From Coriobacteriia bacterium (GTDB taxonomy: Bacteria; Actinomycetota; Coriobacteriia; WRKU01), in NCBI GenBank assembly GCA_009777935.1, contig WRKU01000003.1:16554-80553 (forward strand): a DNA stretch of 64,000 nucleotides, given 5' to 3'. Shown here in pieces: positions 61,935-64,000 of this stretch. The notes beneath the pieces are model-generated. The model did no database searches. It saw only the letters and a list, made by a program, of their open reading frames with translations, and was not told the origin of the DNA. The first letter of the stretch is position 1. Each line of letters opens with the position of its first letter. A program made the position numbers and the translations under genes.

Positions 61935-64000
61935 GTCGCCCCCTTTCGGTCAAGACGTGCCGCTACCAGTTTATCTTGCAGACAGTTTACATCAATGAGC
62001 TCGGTTTCCAGCTCTTCGTCGTGCGTATGCCCCGCCGCGGTACGTCCTTTATAGAGTGCCTCTTCAAGAGTGGCACCGATGCCGAGCACCTCACCGGTTG
62101 ACTTCATCTCAGGACCGAGGCACGTGTCGAGGCCGGGTAGCTTCTGAAACGAGAACACGGGAACCTTGACGGCAACATGTGCAGGCGTGGGCGCAATACC
62201 GGAATCGTAGCCGAGCTCGCGCAGTTTTGCTCCAACGCTTATTTGGGTAGCGAGCTCACACATAGGGATACCGGTTACCTTGCTGAGGTAGGGCACCGTG
62301 CGTGATGCACGCGGGTTGACCTCGATGACGTAGATATCGTTCTCATAAAGCACGTACTGTATGTTGACGAGGCCTCGCACATTGAGCGCACGGCAGATTT
62401 TTTCGGTAATCTCGAAGAGCTGTGCCGCAAGCGTTTCATCGATATGTGGTGCCGGGTAGATTGCCGTGCTGTCGCCTGAGTGGACACCGGCCTCTTCGAC
62501 GTGCTCCATAATGCCGGGAACGAGCGTGTCCTCGCCGTCGCAGATGGCATCGATTTCAATTTCGAGCCCCCGCAGATATCTATCGATGAGCACGGGGTTA
62601 TCTTGCCTTGAGCGCAGGATAATCTCCATGTACTCGACGATATCTTCGGGCGAAAACGCGATAATCATGTTCTGCCCGCCCAGCACGTATGACGGGCGCA
62701 TAATCACCGGATAACCAAGCTTTTCGCCCGCCTTGAGTGCCTCTGCTTCGGTCTGAACACCGTAGCCTTTTGGACGCTTGATGCCGAGTTGTTCGAGCAG
62801 CTCATCGAAGCGCGTACGGTCCTCACAGATATCGATACTTTCGGCCGAGGTGCCGATGATAGGAACGCCGCGTGCATGAAGATGCTGGGTGAGCTTGATA
62901 GCCGTTCCGCCGCCGAACGCGACGATAACGCCGAGGGGTTTCTCGATATCGATGACGCTCATGACATCATCGATACACAGCGGCTCAAAGTAGAGCCTAT
63001 CGGCGGTATCGAAGTCGGTCGAGACGGTTTCGGGGTTGTTGTTAATGACGATGACCTCGTAGCCGAGGCTCCGCAACGCCCAGACGCAGTGCACGCAGGC
63101 GTAGTCGAACTCGATGCCCTGTCCGATACGTATTGGCCCGCTACCGAGTACGACGATGCGTTCCTTCTCGCTTTTTTCGATAAAGGGTAAGGCCTCGTTT
63201 TCGGTACCGTTCTCGATAGAGTAGAAGTACGGGGTCTGTGCCTCGAACTCGCCGCCACAGGTATCGACCATTTTATAGACGAGTGGTTTGCGTGAAGCAG
63301 GATCCGCGGCACGCTCGGCGATGTTGACGAGCCCGTGCAGGAACCATCTATCGATGCGCGTAATCTCGAAGAGTTCGTCTACGCTCATGCCGCGTGTGAT
63401 GGCTTCGTAGAGTACGAACAAACGCTCATCGGTGACGGTATCGAGCATCGTGCGAATCTCGTCATCGGAGTAGACAGCCAGCCGTGGCAGCATCAGGCTA
63501 TCGAGTCCAATCTCTGCCCCGCGCACGGCCTTGAGGAGCGCTTCCTCGAAGGTATCGGAAATCGCCATGACCTCGCCGGTTGCCTTCATTTGGGTGCCGA
63601 GCACCTTGTGAGCGTACACGAACTTGTCAAACGGCCATTTAGGGAATTTAACGGCGACGTAGTCGAGTGCCGGCTCAAACGCGGCAAAGGTCGTGCCGGT
63701 TACTGCATTGGTAATCTCGTCGAGGGTATAGCCGATGGCTATCTTTGTGGCGACCTTTGCGATGGGGTAGCCGGTCGCTTTCGACGCCAACGCGCTTGAG
63801 CGCGAAACGCGTGGGTTTACCTCGATGACGGCGTACTCGAAGCTGTCGGGATGTAGCGCAAGTTGACAGTTGCAGCCTCCCTCGACGCCCAACGCCCGCA
63901 CAATATCGAGCGAGGCCGTGCGCAGCATCTGGTACTCTTTGTCGGCGAGCGTGACGGTCGGTGCGATGACAATACTGTCACCGGTGTGCACCCCGACCGG
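61931..64000 (-). CDS. carB: carbamoyl-phosphate synthase large subunit, partial (N-terminus beyond window), lacking the C-terminal MGS-like allosteric domain
   Basis: The minus-strand frame is open to the window edge (..PVGVHTGDSIVIAPTVTLADKEYQ..). The second ATP-grasp half is present (VLGSGPIRIGQGIEFDY..., GVHSGDSTAIYP). The protein ends about 50 aa after GPEMKSTGEVLGIG. Confidence 0.9.
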   Translation of the reverse strand, partial: PVGVHTGDSIVIAPTVTLADKEYQMLRTASLDIVRALGVEGGCNCQLALHPDSFEYAVIEVNPRVSRSSALASKATGYPIAKVATKIAIGYTLDEITNAVTGTTFAAFEPALDYVAVKFPKWPFDKFVYAHKVLGTQMKATGEVMAISDTFEEALLKAVRGAEIGLDSLMLPRLAVYSDDEIRTMLDTVTDERLFVLYEAITRGMSVDELFEITRIDRWFLHGLVNIAERAADPASRKPLVYKMVDTCGGEFEAQTPYFYSIENGTENEALPFIEKSEKERIVVLGSGPIRIGQGIEFDYACVHCVWALRSLGYEVIVINNNPETVSTDFDTADRLYFEPLCIDDVMSVIDIEKPLGVIVAFGGGTAIKLTQHLHARGVPIIGTSAESIDICEDRTRFDELLEQLGIKRPKGYGVQTEAEALKAGEKLGYPVIMRPSYVLGGQNMIIAFSPEDIVEYMEIILRSRQDNPVLIDRYLRGLEIEIDAICDGEDTLVPGIMEHVEEAGVHSGDSTAIYPAPHIDETLAAQLFEITEKICRALNVRGLVNIQYVLYENDIYVIEVNPRASRTVPYLSKVTGIPMCELATQISVGAKLRELGYDSGIAPTPAHVAVKVPVFSFQKLPGLDTCLGPEMKSTGEVLGIGATLEEALYKGRTAAGHTHDEELETELIDVNCLQDKLVAARLDRKGAT

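Overview
This 64-kb window comes from a high-GC, Gram-positive-type genome. Hand counts on single 60-nt lines give about 68% GC in housekeeping genes, about 50% in the rhs gene and about 42% in the island interior. The gene content (MurT/GatD, a Sec-signal Rhs toxin, type III glutamine synthetase, an Enterococcus-like V-type ATPase operon, a selenocysteine hydrogenase) fits an anaerobic actinobacterium such as a member of Coriobacteriia, but that placement is inference only.

Layout:
1. 1-2746: end of a membrane-bound uptake hydrogenase operon. It holds the 3' end of the small subunit, a large subunit whose in-frame TGA completes a DPUxxCxxH motif, and a cytochrome b subunit, followed by a clean terminator.
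2. 2863-4149: metY.
3. About 4.2-26.8 kb: an accessory polymorphic-toxin island.
   - A 2945-aa Sec-signal, LysM-bearing Rhs/YD protein with an unusual non-enzymatic-looking C-terminal tip, followed by a zinc-ribbon/TM immunity candidate.
   - A low-GC stretch of orphan toxin tips, immunity paralogues, recombination scars and lipoproteins.
   - Six paralogous ~90-aa three-TM modules (five stand-alone genes plus one fused copy).
   - Two paralogous polytopic membrane proteins.
   - Two AbiE-like HTH/nucleotidyltransferase pairs with leaderless-type promoters.
4. 26.8-36.6 kb: dcw-type genes murE (N-terminal domain missing), murF, mraY, murD, ftsW, murG, then asnB.
5. 36.6-44.4 kb: a nitrogen hub with an Amt-PII fusion, a ThiD-family kinase, type III glnA, an Ig-repeat surface protein and gdhA. 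The amt and glnA genes are preceded by a shared, apparently undescribed terminator/antiterminator leader motif.
6. 44.6-46.3 kb: an M23 peptidase and pth.
7. 46.4-55.05 kb: the ntpFIKECGABD V-type ATPase operon, with a Na+-binding signature in subunit K.
8. 55.0-64.0 kb, minus strand: a tightly overlapping string of carB-guaA-pyrG-hisH-hisF-murT-gatD.

I recognised no rRNA, tRNA, CRISPR array, transposase or integrase.
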